64,000 bases of DNA from contig NC_134033.1 in assembly GCF_964204645.1 (NCBI RefSeq), forward strand, positions 6,952,655 to 7,016,654, written 5' to 3'. The position numbers were made by a program, and so were the translations under genes. The notes under the pieces are model-generated. The model was not told the origin of the DNA. It ran no database searches and saw only the letters and a program-made list of their open reading frames with translations. Of this stretch, positions 40,393 to 54,700 are shown in pieces; position 1 is the first letter of the stretch; each line of letters starts with the position of its first letter. This stretch comes from Tubulanus polymorphus (taxonomy: Eukaryota; Animalia; Nemertea).

Positions 40393-40529
40393 AGTGAGCA
40401 TTGAAAATGCTAAGACAATCACAGCAAGAACAGTTGTCTCGTTTTTTCCTCGAATCATTAGATGCATTAAAAGTGGGCCGACAACATACTCTGCTAATAG
40501 GAACGTGATAATCAGAATTACCAAAAACG
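40393..40529 (-). CDS. TMCO3: TMCO3-like coding exon (137 bp)
   Basis: Polypyrimidine-AG acceptor at 40531-40530 and GTAAGT donor. Phase 1 to 0. Encodes AFLVILIITFLLAEYVVGPLLMHLMIRGKNETTVLAVIVLAFSMLT, aligning with TMCO3 Y..GP...E..L...F.MLT. Confidence 0.85.
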
Positions 40530-41274
40530 CTGAAAAAAATGAACGTGAACGGTATCATCAATAAGGATAAATTAGCTCTCGGTATCTGTGAATAAATTGG
40601 CCTAAGCCCGGATATCGAGTAGATTGAGTGTTTGTGAAATAATGATAACATGCATCGAGTTAACGAGTGATGCCAATGAATGTGCGATCTACTAGTTATC
40701 AAAATTTTAGATTGTGTAATAATCTATTACCATTGAATGGAAGCATTGGGACTAATACTGGAAATATTTTAGTTTTCACTATTTTTTTACACATTGCTCC
40801 GAGTTAGTAACTCAGTGAAAAAATAGTTATGACTAATTTTTCTATCCGTTGGGATTTTAGTCACTTCAAAGTTGATACCTGGTTTCTCATCAAATCGCTC
40901 CACGTCACTTCCGACAGCTAAAGTAAAAAGACGATGATTAAGTCCGAAACCCGTATCAAATTGCTAAAAGTTGGCCGTTTGTTTCTAAAATAAAAACACC
41001 TCACGCACGCGTGATGACGCGTTTTCCAATTATCTTTTTGATGCATTTCACTTTTATCGATGATTAGTTAGTGTATTAGTATAAATTCACTTATTGAACA
41101 TTTTGATTTTCCTATGATGAACTGGGGCTAATCAAAATGATCGAGTAGAAGAGACCTTCAGTTAGCTGTACTCTTGTCTCCTAATAAACAATCGATCAAG
41201 AGAAACGATTAGCACCGCGTCTTTGGTTTAGTCATATTTAAAGATGATAATGAGGATGACATTCCCAATCATTC

Positions 41275-41542
<268 letters not shown>

Positions 41543-41948
41543 GGCTACGTGTACAAGCGCACACACGTCCTTGTGTTGATTGTCATAGTTTACATCATAA
41601 ATAGCGCCACCCGCAGGTTGAATATGAACCATACGCACGGAGCGAAGGATAAATAGATGACTATTTCGCTAACTATTACAACGGCTAATTCGTTCTCCTT
41701 TTTTCAATAAGTCACATCTCAGGTCGTTATATGTATACTAAAGTTTCTTCTGGTTAAGAAATCGCGGAAAGTACAATTTTGATGGCATTTGCCCTTTTAA
41801 CCTTTTATGGATCAATACTCCGAAAAGCTCCCACCCACCTCTCATATATGTATTATACTGGGTTTGAAAAGAAAAAACCTCCCGATCTCTCGTCTTACAA
41901 AATCTGAAAATACGAGTTTATTTTCCTAATTCTTTAATTTATTTTAAA

Positions 41949-43849
41949 GACGTTTTCATACCAGAGGGCGAGTGAGCGACTCGTCCGCACTCCTAATGTT
42001 TTCCTTATATAAATGGGAGACAGAAAAACATTCTCAGCATCAATAAATAACCGAATAGTCATAAAAACAATATGATTGAAATAAAAGAATTGTTTGATGT
42101 TTGACAAGAAATGGAACATCAAAATTACTATTTCGATTACAACACCCATTTAAATATAAATTTATTTAAACTCAACTAGCTTGTTAATCTAGTATATTTT
42201 AGTCACATTCTAGTTGAATTCTAGTTGTTCCTGGTTGAAACAAAAATCAAATAAAATTCAACAAGAAATAAATAAAAACAATAATATTTCAACTAGCTTG
42301 TTAATCTAGTATATTTTTAGTTACATTCAAGTTGAATTCTAGTTGAATTCTAGTTACAACAACACTACTAATTTTTTTGTTATATAAATGGGAGGTGAAA
42401 AGAAAAGAAAATCTAAAAATAATGATGTTCCAATTGAAAAAACTTTGGATGATTTAGGTATAACAGAAACAAAATTAACACCAGATAATGGTGCTTTAAA
42501 TTATATTACTACAAATAATTTTGAATATTATCTTTATTGCAAACAACAATTAGAAATATTAATTGCATCTGGAAAATGTAAAAATTTTACTGGTAAAGAT
42601 ATTAACTTATATATTAAAATATAACTTATAATGAATTAGATATAATGAAACCAGACCAAATCATTAAATTATTTCAGATTTATGAAAGTGCGAGAATAGC
42701 TAGAATTAATGATGCAATATCAGAAAATGTAGTAAAAGGTTATAGTAAATTATTTAATTATATGCTACTTCTTCAAGATGAAAATAGATTATATTCCGAT
42801 TTGAAAAATGATTATTTAGTTATGACTGAATTAGATAAATGGATTGGATATTTATCATTTCAATTAGGTGGATTTATGACGCTATTATCAACTGGAGTTA
42901 TAACATTTTCAAATATTGAAAGTAAAAGTTTTTCTACAATAAATGAGCAAGGTGAAAGAATTGAAGGAATTAACTGTGAAGAAAAAACCGAGAACTCAAA
43001 AACAAATTGAATGGTCTCGGCAATTAGGAATTAAATCGAGAGAATTTAAAAAAAGCTGTAAAAGAAAAAATAAATAATGAAAATGTTAATAATAATGGTG
43101 AAATATTGTAATTTCTACTCCTTCTGATTGTAATTGTATTCATTTTGATTGGATATAGTTGGTATAAAAAATCAAATTAAATTTATGATATTTTATATAT
43201 AATTTCAGATATAATTCTGAAACTACAACTGTTGAAATTCCAAAGTTCACTATAAAAAATTGATTAATATTTTAGAAAAAAAGCCAAAAAAAAAATTTAA
43301 TTCATTAATCAATATTTCTATTTTGTATTAATTAAATATCTCACTACTTTTGTCTATCTATGAGGAGCAATCAAATTGTCCAGATAAGTCATTTCGGATT
43401 CTTAATATTTGATTAATTTTATTATCAATTTATTTTTTAAATCAACAACTTCTAAATCATGATGCCCGTCTTCATTTTTCCCATGGTAAATTATTTTAAA
43501 TCCTTCTAAATCTTTTAATTCCTCTGTACTCAATGAAACCCATTTATTAGGTAAAAATACTTTAAATTCACGCCTTGTACTAACATTACAGTAACTTAAA
43601 TTTGCTGATACTTTCTCTCTATATTTAGTTTTAATCTTTTCCAATTTTAATATTTTGTGTTCAATTTCTTTTGTAACATCGACTAACTACTTTATTTCAA
43701 ATTGTTTTTTGCTGGTTTTATTCTGTTATTTATTGTTGCTAAGAATGCTTTTCTATCTCCCATTTATTAGAAAAAAAAAATTACTTGTGGTGATGAGTGG
43801 TGTGTTGACCTCTCGACCTCAGGTATGAAAACGTCATTTACCAATTACT
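41949..43849. mobile_element. Miniature Maverick derivative (~1.9 kb) with inverted termini
   Basis: Both ends read inward gacgttttcatacc.gagg.cgag...ataaatgggaga.agaaaa.cattct.agca.caataaataac. The right end finishes ATTACT. Carries 'RIND' (42388-43010), TM gene, conserved motif and small terminal gene (43402-43763, -). Confidence 0.72.
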
Positions 43850-44499
43850 GTCATTCATATAACTATATAGCTTATAAAACATCTGTCACACAATTGCACA
43901 CATAGAATGCAAATTGATCGATCAAACAGATGTTACCATTCAACGTTTCATTGAAGCAGCTAGGTATAAGGACGCAATGCATACGCACAGGATTTCTCGT
44001 AATACAATTCGGAGTTTTCGGTTCCAGCTATAAATGTAAGTACCGTTTTTGTTGTTGTTATTAAGAGGTCGGGAAAGGGGATACTTAATAAGAAACCTTT
44101 AGATATGTTTAAGTGTATTAATCTATATTTGGCAACTACAACTTCAAGTTAATTCTATTCTACGCTCTAGATAGATTTCTCTTTTAGGTAACAAGAAGTT
44201 TATCACAAGAAAGTGAAGATGCAGAATCAGAAATTATGAATGTTACATCTAATGAGACTGTAGCTGTTTTGTCATACTGTATAGATTTTCGATGTATGAT
44301 ATTTTGCCCGAATTGCAGTTTCTATTACTTTCGATGTTCGGTCGTTGTTAATGGTAACAGCAACAGCTGTTTTATTATACTGTATTGACTTCAACATTCC
44401 ACGCATAACTTGCCGGGCTTCGGAAGCCCGGTGAGGAATGTTTGATCGATACAGTTTGTAGAATAAATACATGTGTTTTTTATATCAACTGGTGTTTTT

Positions 44500-44905
44500 T
44501 GTTAAATTAATTTTCAGTTTGAGGATTTAATATCAAGGATCCGAAATGACTAATCTGGACAATTAAACATTGCTCCTAATAGATAAACGAAAGTAGTGAG
44601 ATATCAGATTCCTAATCTAATAGAAAGTATTAAAAATTACATATCTTTAACTAGCTATTGAATTCTATTATGTTTTTAATATATTCCCATTCAATTCTAA
44701 TTAACACTAGTTTAAATAGATTTTGATAAGAATTGAATAGAAATTACATAACTTCAAATAGATATTCAAATCTAGTAAACACTAGAATTCTTTAACCTTA
44801 ACTAAATAGTATTGACCCAAAGAGTTACTAGTATCATTTGAAGAATAATTATAATATTTTTTTTCACTTTTTTCTAAAATAAATGTCTAAGAAATCTAAT
44901 AAGAG
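44500..44905 (+). mobile_element. Short Maverick fragment (conserved motif, intergenic region, start of 'RIND' gene MSKKSNK)
   Basis: Inverted homologue of 30060-30400, cut by the H1 element end at about 44905. Confidence 0.7.
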
Positions 44906-45792
44906 ATAACGGGTTTTCTGCACAGTCTTAGAATCCTGTTCAATGCTAGATTTCGACAAAGCATTTGATAAGCCACAACATCAGCCATTACTAAACAGGC
45001 TATTAGCAAACAGTATCAATGATAGGTCACCCAAATGGCTCAGCAGTTATCTCTGAACGAAAACTTGTAGCCGAAATCAACGGAACACCTCATCTTGGAA
45101 TAAGTCGGTCTAACTAGTGGAGTCACGCAATGTAGTATCCTAAGTCGTCTTCTGTTTAATGTCCTGACAAATGACATACACAGTAATCCAAAATCTACCA
45201 GACCGAGTAAATTTCCAAAAACGACATTCACATGCTGTTCGACCAAAAAACTTAATGTTCCAACAAGAAAATCTTGTTCGAATGAAAACAATTCTGTTCG
45301 ATCAATTAATTTGCTTTTTGTTAGAACCAAAACTTTTCTTCATTCTGATAAAAAAATGTGTTCAAAAAAAAACTATGTAATTGTTGAAATGAAAAACGGC
45401 AAACAAATTTGGTTGAGCGAAAACAATTTTTTGAAACGAATGTTTGAATGAAAACAATTCCGTTCGATTGAACGAAATACTTAATACTTTTGGTTTCTGA
45501 GAAAAAACTTTTTACAATATACTTGTTCGAACGAAAAACTTAATGTTCTGACGAGAAAATTCTGTTCAAATTAAAACGATTCTGTTCGATCGAAGGATTG
45601 TTCGAAACGAAAAACCTTTCGTTTGGAAAAAAAAGTTTGTTCAACTTTGTTCTAACGATTTTTCAAATTGGTTCAATCGAAAAGAATATTGTTGGTTGGA
45701 ACGAAATAAATTTTGTTCTGACGAAAGAATTTTCAAGCGAAAGGTCTTTTGAACGAAAAAAAAGATATTTCTGGGGCTCTGCGGTAACTTAA

Positions 45793-46110
45793 AGCCGGAC
45801 GTAGGTCGGCCTTGTGACGCGATGCGATCCTCGCGTTGCATCGCAAGTTTCGGTGCAAGTCGGTGGCGATACGATTGTGTGCAACTAGTTTCAGCCAGTC
45901 GCAAGAGCGCGTAGGTCGGTTGTGACAGTCGTGTCGCGTCGCAGAAAGTAGAACACGTGTGACTCCTTGTGACTGGCGTTGCGGAAATTCGCAACCCGTC
46001 GCAAGGGAGCATAGGTCGATGAGTCGTTGTGACACAATCGTCGCTGACGGTCGCAGTGAATGGCGTCGCAGTGAGTCACAAGCCGTCGCAAAGCCGACCT
46101 ACGCCCGCCT
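45793..46110. mobile_element. PIF/Harbinger-type MITE
   Basis: TIRs agccggacgtaggtcggc / gccgacctacgcccgcct with a TAA duplication on both flanks. Confidence 0.8.
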
Positions 46111-48210
46111 TAACTCATTAGGAATTAATGAAATACCAGTTTCATTTATGATGAAAAAACTCAAAATGGAAAGTCTGGCTTATAAAGCTGTCTGCTCAGA
46201 CGAATTAAAAAAAAAAAATCTTCATTTTGCCAAAAAAGAGATAATTATGATTGATCGTTGCAAGTCAGAACCAGTTAATCACTAATTAACATGCATTTTA
46301 CTAAATCTGGTTCCTCCTATACAGTGAACTTAGCTTTAATCTAGTAGAGGCTACTAGCCTATGTAGGCCTATATATATGCGTAGGCGTAACATCCGGTCT
46401 GATTTGTTGTAGGCCTATTGAATAACAACCCTCATAAATATCGTAAATTATGTTTTGAAGTTCAATCCAATGAGTCCGTTAATAACGCAACATTTATACT
46501 GCGTTTGTTTGAGACAGTAAATGTCAGTACCGGTAGGCCTAAAGCCTTAAGGTCGCGTAAAACTCGATAAACACTTCAAGCGACACAGCGAACGATCTCC
46601 TTTCCCCCACAGCGAACGCTTACTCCGAATGTCAAGTGTGAGTCCAACATACGGATGGGAGTGTGTTATATACTTGTATTTAGTAAATACCTTGTGCATT
46701 TGACAATGATCGGTATGTACTGTAGGAAATATAGAGTATTGATGATACTGATATAGAGGTTGAAGCCCGCGGCCGAATAAAGTAATATATTCTTTTATTT
46801 TGATACCTCGTTGACATAACAGCTTTTCTCCGCTATATCTCTTCGGCGTGTTTCATTTAGGCCTACGACTCCCCGGTACACTTATGATTTATCTTAGTAA
46901 ATACACGGTTAATTTGATAAAGGAAAATAGGTATTGCTAAACTAACTGCATGACGCCCGCAGCCAAATCACTGGTAGTAATAAATTAATTTGTACTCGAT
47001 TTGATTCTCATGATGAGGTGAAACTCGCAACTGATCCCCGGAACGACGATGTAGTGACACACGTCGATTCGTCGATGTTTACGGCTCGACAGTGCTTTTA
47101 AAACCTAAAGTAGTAAATTTGCTGTATATCGGTAATACGATTTGATGAGGGAAATGGGCTATTGTTAAAATTAGTTTTTAAAAACCGCGACATAATGTGC
47201 AATCTTTGGGTAATAAATTTGTTAATTTATGCTTGAATTGATAATCGATGTGACAAGAAACGTGCGGTAGATTTCGGAAAGAGGACTTAGAAAAACATGT
47301 CGGCTCTTTGAATGGGGCTCAATTTTCGATGTTTACGGCCCGACAGTGCTTTTGTAACGATGATTCTTCAAAATACGCACGGGGTATTTGAAGATCGAAG
47401 TGAGCTAAATGATATTAGACGGATTGTATCGACAACAGCGGCAAGGTAACAAAGCCTTTGTTCTTTTAGTAAAAATAGTGTGGAAGAAAATAATAATAAT
47501 AAATATAGCTGAAAAGCAGCGATAACGGGTTTTCTGCACAGTCTTAGAATCCTGTTCAACGGTGGATTTCAACAAAGCATTTGATAAGGCTCAACATCAG
47601 CCATTACTAAACAGGCTATTAGGAAACAGTATCAATGATAGGTCGCCCAAATGGCTCAGCAGTTATCTCTGAACGGAAACTTGTAACCGAAATCAACGGA
47701 ACGCCTCATCTTGGAATGAGACGGTCTAACTAGTGGAGTCACGCAAGGTAGTATCCTAAGTCGTCTTCTGTTTAATGTCCTGACAAATGACATACACAGT
47801 AATCCAAAATATACCAGACCGAGTAAATTTCCAAACGACCTTAACACACTGTTCGACCAAAAAACTTAATGTTCCGACAAAACCACGGGCGACAAAACCA
47901 AAATTATGAATTGTCGCGGGTGACAAAACCAAAATATTGAATTGTCACGGGTGACAAAACAAAAATAATGAATTTTCGCGGGTGACAAAACAAAAATAAT
48001 GAATTGTCGCGGGCGATAAAACCAAAATAATGAATTGTCGCGGGCGATAAAACCACAATAATGAATTGTCGCGGGCGTTAAAACCAAAATATTGAATCGT
48101 CGCGGGCGATAAAACCAAAATAATGAATTGTCGCGGACGGCAAAAACAAAATATTGAATTGGTGCGTGCGACAAAACCAAAATAATGAATTGTCGCGGGC
48201 GACAAAACCA

Positions 48211-49475
48211 AACTAGGGGTCCAGGGACACCATGCTCACTTGGGAAGTGGTTTCAAATGCTCAACAATCTAACAATTTCAATACATAACGCCCTCTAGTG
48301 ACCACATACAAAAACCAATGACCTTGAAACCCACCACAATCATAGAACATGTGAGCAGCTATGATTTTGTAATTGATTGTGATAACGAAATATGCCTCGT
48401 TACCAATTTAATATGGAAATACTAAGTTATTGTACTATTCAACGCCCCCTGGTGACCATATGCAAAACTCAATGACCTTAAAACTCACCACAATCGTAGT
48501 ACATGTCATGAAATACAACTTTGCAATTGATCATAGTAACAAAATATGCCTAGGTACCAATCTAATAAGGAAATACTAAGCCATTCTACTATTCAGCGCC
48601 CCCTGGTGACTATATGGAATAACTAATGTCCTTAAAAACTCACCACAATCATAGACGATGTCATGAACTACAACTTTGCAATTGATCATGGTAACAAAAT
48701 ATGCCTTGGTACAAATATAATATAGCGATACTAAGTTATTGTATTATTCAACGCCCCCTGATGGCCACATACAAAAACCAATGACCTTGAAACTCACCAA
48801 AATCATAGAACACGTCATGGGCTACAACTTTCCAATAGAATATAGTAACACAATATGCTTAGGTATCAATTTAATGTGGAAAAACTTCTTCCCACCTACG
48901 AATGAGTACTGATGACACCAAGATGGCCGCCAATTGCGTCATAATTGGCTGATCAAAATACCTGTCCCAGGTATAAAATATCCCTCTCTAAAGAATACCC
49001 ATCAGCAATTGCAATGAGAAATGGCAAACCAGTAGGAAGCTACAGGACCTAGAATTCTGGCCAAAATTGACATTTTTGGGCACTCAAAAGTTCATAGGAC
49101 AGCCATCTTGAGTCAGATCGACCCAATTTTCTTAGCTGATGGGCCTTTGGTAGATTCAAATATAAACGAAAGAAGATCAAGGTAATTGATCAAAGCGTCT
49201 TCAAAATTTCCCACGAAAACTTCGAAAATGTTTAAAAAGTGCTGATTATGGCAAACAACAATGGCTGCCAGTCGACCATCTTGAATCTGACAGGGCCAGT
49301 TTTTGGGCTGACGATGTGTCTAGGGTAGATACATGTATAAACCAAATATCAAGACATTACCTTGAAGCGTCTTCAAAACTTCCCGAAATAACTGGATTCC
49401 GTCTATGGACGGACGGACGGACGAAAAGTGAACGCAATAGCCCGCTGGGACTAAAGTCCCAAGTGGACTGAAAAA
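48211..49475 (-). mobile_element. Family H2 element nested in the satellite
   Basis: Inverted homologue of 23515-24627. Confidence 0.85.
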
Positions 49476-50461
49476 GAATTGTCGCGGGCGACAAAACCAA
49501 ACTAATGAATTGTCGCGGGTGATAAAACCAAAATATTGAATTGTCACGGGCGACAAAACCAAACTAATGAATTGTCGCTGGAGATAAAACCAAACTATGA
49601 ATTGTCGCGGGCGATAAAACAAAAATATTGAATTGTCGCGGGTGATAAAACCAAAATATTGAATTGTCGCGGGCAACAAAACAAAACTAATGAATTGTCG
49701 CGGGCGATAAAACCAAACTATGAATTGTCGCGGGCGATAAAACCAAAATAATGAATTGTCTCGGGCGACAAAAAAAAAAATATTGAATTGTCACGTGCGA
49801 CAAAACCAAAATAATGAATTGTCGCGGGCAACAAAACCAAAATAATGAATTGTTGCGGGCGATAAAACCAAAATTATGAATTGTCTCATGGGACAAAATT
49901 ATCGCGGGCGATAAAACCAAAATATTGAATTATCGCGGGCGATAAAACCAAAATAATGATTTGTCGCGCGCGACAAAAAAAAATATAAAACCAAAATAAT
50001 GAATTGTCGCGGGCGACAAAAACAAAATATAAAACCAAAATAATGAATTGTCGCGGGCGACAAAACCAAAATAAGAATTGTCGCGGGCGACAAAACCAAA
50101 ATAATGAATTGTCGCTGGAGATAAAACCAAAGTAATGAGTTGTCGCGGGCGATAAAACCAAAATATTGAATTGTCGCGGGAGACAAAACCAAACTAATGA
50201 ATTGTCGCGGGCGACAAAACCAAAAAAAGATTTGTCGGGGCGACAAAACCAAAATAATGAATTGTCGCGGGCGACAAAACCAAAATGGTGAATTGTCCAG
50301 GAGACAAAACCAAAATGGTGAATTGTCGTGGGCGACAAAACCAAAATAATGAATTGTCGCGGGCGATAAAACCAAAATATTGAATTGTCGCGGGCGACAA
50401 AACCAAAAAAAAAAACAAAATATAAAACCAAAATAATGAATTGTCGCGGGCGACAAAACCA

Positions 50462-51725
50462 AACTAGGGGTCCAGGGACACCATGCTCACTTGGGAAGTG
50501 GTTTCAAATGCTCAACAATCTAACAATTTCAATACATAACGCCCTCTAGTGACCACATACAAAAACCAATGACCTTGAAACCCACCACAATCATAGAACA
50601 TGTGAGCAGCTATGATTTTGTAATTGATTGTGATAACGAAATATGCCTCGTTACCAATTTAATATGGAAATACTAAGTTATTGTACTATTCAACGCCCCC
50701 TGGTGACCATATGCAAAACTCAATGACCTTAAAACTCACCACAATCGTAGTACATGTCATGAAATACAACTTTGCAATTGATCATAGTAACAAAATATGC
50801 CTAGGTACCAATCTAATAAGGAAATACTAAGCCATTCTACTATTCAGCGCCCCCTGGTGACTATATGGAATAACTAATGTCCTTAAAAACTCACCACAAT
50901 CATAGACGATGTCATGAACTACAACTTTGCAATTGATCATGGTAACAAAATATGCCTTGGTACAAATATAATATAGCGATACTAAGTTATTGTATTATTC
51001 AACGCCCCCTGATGGCCACATACAAAAACCAATGACCTTGAAACTCACCAAAATCATAGAACACGTCATGGGCTACAACTTTCCAATAGAATATAGTAAC
51101 ACAATATGCTTAGGTATCAATTTAATGTGGAAAAACTTTTTCCCACCTACGAATGAGTACTGATGACACCAAGATGGCCGCCAATTGCGTCATAATTGGC
51201 TGATCAAAATACCTGTCCCAGGTATAAAATATCCCTCTCTAAAGAATACCCATCAGCAATTGCAATGAGAAATGGCAAACCAGTAGGAAGCTACAGGACC
51301 TAGAATTCTGGCCAAAATTGACATTTTTGGGCACTCAAAAGTTCATAGGACAGCCATCTTGAGTCAGATCGACCCAATTTTCTTAGCTGATGGGCCTTTG
51401 GTAGATTCAAATATAAACGAAAGAAGATCAAGGTAATTGATCAAAGCGTCTTCAAAATTTCCCACGAAAACTTCGAAAATGTTTAAAAAGTGCTGATTAT
51501 GGCAAACAACAATGGCTGCCAGTCGACCATCTTGAATCTGACAGGGCCAGTTTTTGGGCTGACGATGTGTCTAGGGTAGATACATGTATAAACCAAATAT
51601 CAAGACATTACCTTGAAGCGTCTTCAAAACTTCCCGAAATAACTGGATTCCGTCTATGGACGGACGGACGGACGAAAAGTGAACGCAATAGCCCGCTGGG
51701 ACTAAAGTCCCAAGTGGACTGAAAA
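50462..51725 (-). mobile_element. Family H2 element, duplicate copy (2251-bp tandem duplication)
   Basis: Essentially identical to 48211-49475; ORFs 49320 and 51571 are identical. Confidence 0.88.
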
Positions 51726-54700
51726 AGAATTGTCGCGGGCGACAAAACCAAACTAATGAATTGTCGCGGGTGATAAAACCAAAATATTGAATTGTCACGG
51801 GCGACAAAACCAAACTAATGAATTGTCGCTGGAGATAAAACCAAACTATGAATTGTCGCGGGCGATAAAACAAAAATATTGAATTGTCGCGGGTGATAAA
51901 ACCAAAATATTGAATTGTCGCGGGCAACAAAACAAAACTAATGAATTGTCGCGGGCGATAAAACCAAACTATGAATTGTCGCGGGCGATAAAACCAAAAT
52001 AATGAATTGTCTCGGGCGACAAAAAAAAAAATATTGAATTGTCACGTGCGACAAAACCAAAATAATGAATTGTCGCGGGCAACAAAACCAAAATAATGAA
52101 TTGTTGCGGGCGATAAAACCAAAATTATGAATTGTCTCATGGGACAAAATTATCGCGGGCGATAAAACCAAAATATTGAATTATCGCGGGCGATAAAACC
52201 AAAATAATGATTTGTCGCGCGCGACAAAAAAAAATATAAAACCAAAATAATGAATTGTCGCGGGCGACAAAAACAAAATATAAAACCAAAATAATGAATT
52301 GTCGCGGGCGACAAAACCAAAATAAGAATTGTCGCGGGCGACAAAACCAAAATAATGAATTGTCGCTGGAGATAAAACCAAAGTAATGAGTTGTCGCGGG
52401 CGATAAAACCAAAATATTGAATTGTCGCGGGAGACAAAACCAAACTAATGAATTGTCGCGGGCGACAAAACCAAAAAAAGATTTGTCGGGGCGACAAAAC
52501 CAAAATAATGAATTGTCGCGGGCGACAAAACCAAAATGGTGAATTGTCCAGGAGACAAAACCAAAATGGTGAATTGTCGTGGGCGACAAAACCAAAATAA
52601 TGAATTGTCGCAGGCGATAAAACCAAAATATTGAATTGTCGCGGGCGACAAAACCAAAAAAAAAAACAAAATATAAAACCAAAATAATGAATTGTCGCGG
52701 GCGATAAAACCAAAATAATGAATTGTCTCGGGCGACAAAACCTAAATAATGAATTATCGCGGGCGATAAAACCAAAATATTGAATTTTCGCGGGCGACAA
52801 AACCAAAAAAAAAATTGTCGAGGGCGACAAAAACAAAAGATAAAACCAAAATAATGAATTGTCCCTGGCGATAAAACCAAAGTAATGAATTGTCGTGGGC
52901 GACAAAACCAAAATAATGAATTATCCCGGGCGACAAAACCAAAATATTGAATTGTCGCGGGCAACAAAACCAAAAAAAAATTGTCGCGGACGACAAAAAC
53001 AAAATATTTAAAAAAAATAATGAATTGTCTCGGGCGACAAAACCAAAAAGAAGAATTGTCGCGGGCGTCAAAACCAAAATAATGAATTGTCGTTGGAGAT
53101 AAAACCAAAGTAACGAATTGTCGCGGGCGATTAAACCAAAATATTGAATTGTCGCGGGCGACAAAACCAAAATAATGACTTGTCGCTGGCGATAAAACCA
53201 AACTATGAATTGTCGCGGGCAATAAAACAAAAATATTGAATTGTCGCGGGTGATAAAACCAAAATATTGAATTGTCGCGGGCAACAAAACCAAACTATGA
53301 ATTGTCCCGGGCGATAAAACCAAAATAATGAATTGTCTCGGGCGACAAAAAAATATTGAATTGTCACGTGCGACAAAACCAAAATAATGAATTGTCGCGG
53401 GCGACAAAACCAAAATAATGAATTGTTGCGGGCGATAAAACCAAAATAATGAATTGTCGCGGGCGACAAAACCAAAATATTGAATTGTCGCGGGCGACAA
53501 AAAAAAAATATAAAACCAAAATAATGAATTGTCGCGGGCGACAAAAACAAAATATTAAACCAAAATAATGAATTGACGCGGGCGTCAAAACTAAAAGAAG
53601 AATTGTCGCGGGCGACAAAACCAAAATAATGAATTGTCGTTGGAGATAAAACCAAAGTAATGAGTTGTCGCGGGCGATAAAACCAAAATATTGAATTGTC
53701 GCGGGAGACAAAATCAAACTAATGAATTGTCGCGGGCGACAAAACCAAAAAATGATTTGTCGGGGCGACAAAACCAAAATAATGAATTGTCTCGGGCGAC
53801 AAAACCAAAATAATGAATTATCGCTGGCGATAAAACCGAAATATTGAATTGTCGCGGGCGACAAAACCACAAAAAAATTGTCGAGGGCGACAAAAACAAA
53901 ATATAAAACCATAATAATGAATTGTCGCTGGCGATAAAACCAAAGTAATGAATTGTCGTGGGCGACAAAACCAAAATAATGAATTATCGCGGGTGACAAA
54001 ACCAAAATATTGAATTGTCGCGGGCAACAAAACCAAAAAAAATTGTCACGGACGACAAAAACAAAATATTAAAAAAAAATAATGAATTGTCTCGGGCGAC
54101 AAAACCAAAGAGAAGAATTGTCGCGGGCGTCAAAACCAAAATAATGAATTGTGGCTGGAGATAAAACCAAAGTAACGAATTGTTGCGGGCGATTAAACCA
54201 AAATATTGAATTGTCGCGGGCGACAAAACCACAAAAAAAATTGTCGCGGGCGACAAAAACAAAATATAAAACCAAAATAATGAATTGTCGCGGGCGACAA
54301 AAATAGAAAGAAGGATTGTCGCGGGCGACGAAACCAAAATAATGAATTTTCGCTGGCGATAAAACCAAAGTAATGAATTGTCGTGGGCGATAAAACCAAA
54401 ATATTGAATTTTTTGCTGGCGACAAAACCAAAATAATGAATTGTCGCGGGCGACAAAATCAAAATCATTGTTTTCTCGCGTTATTTTAGTTTTGTCGTTT
54501 TGTCGTAATGTCGCCCTCATTTGCATATTCGTGTTTTTTTATCGTATCAGCCACCATACTTAAGCCTTAAGGTCGCGTAAAACTCGATAAACACTTCAAG
54601 CGACACAGCGAACGATCTGCTTTCCTCCAAAGCGAACGCTTACTCCGAATGTCAAGTGTGAGTCCAGCCTACGGATAGGAGTGTGTTGTATACTTGTATT

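Noticed and set aside
40085-40702. 205-aa minus-strand ORF
   Set aside because: It overlaps the real TMCO3 exon in a different frame plus repeat sequence, and has no recognisable motif.
44188-44280. Possible plus-strand exon after ttttag
   Set aside because: No convincing donor site, partner exons or recognisable homology.
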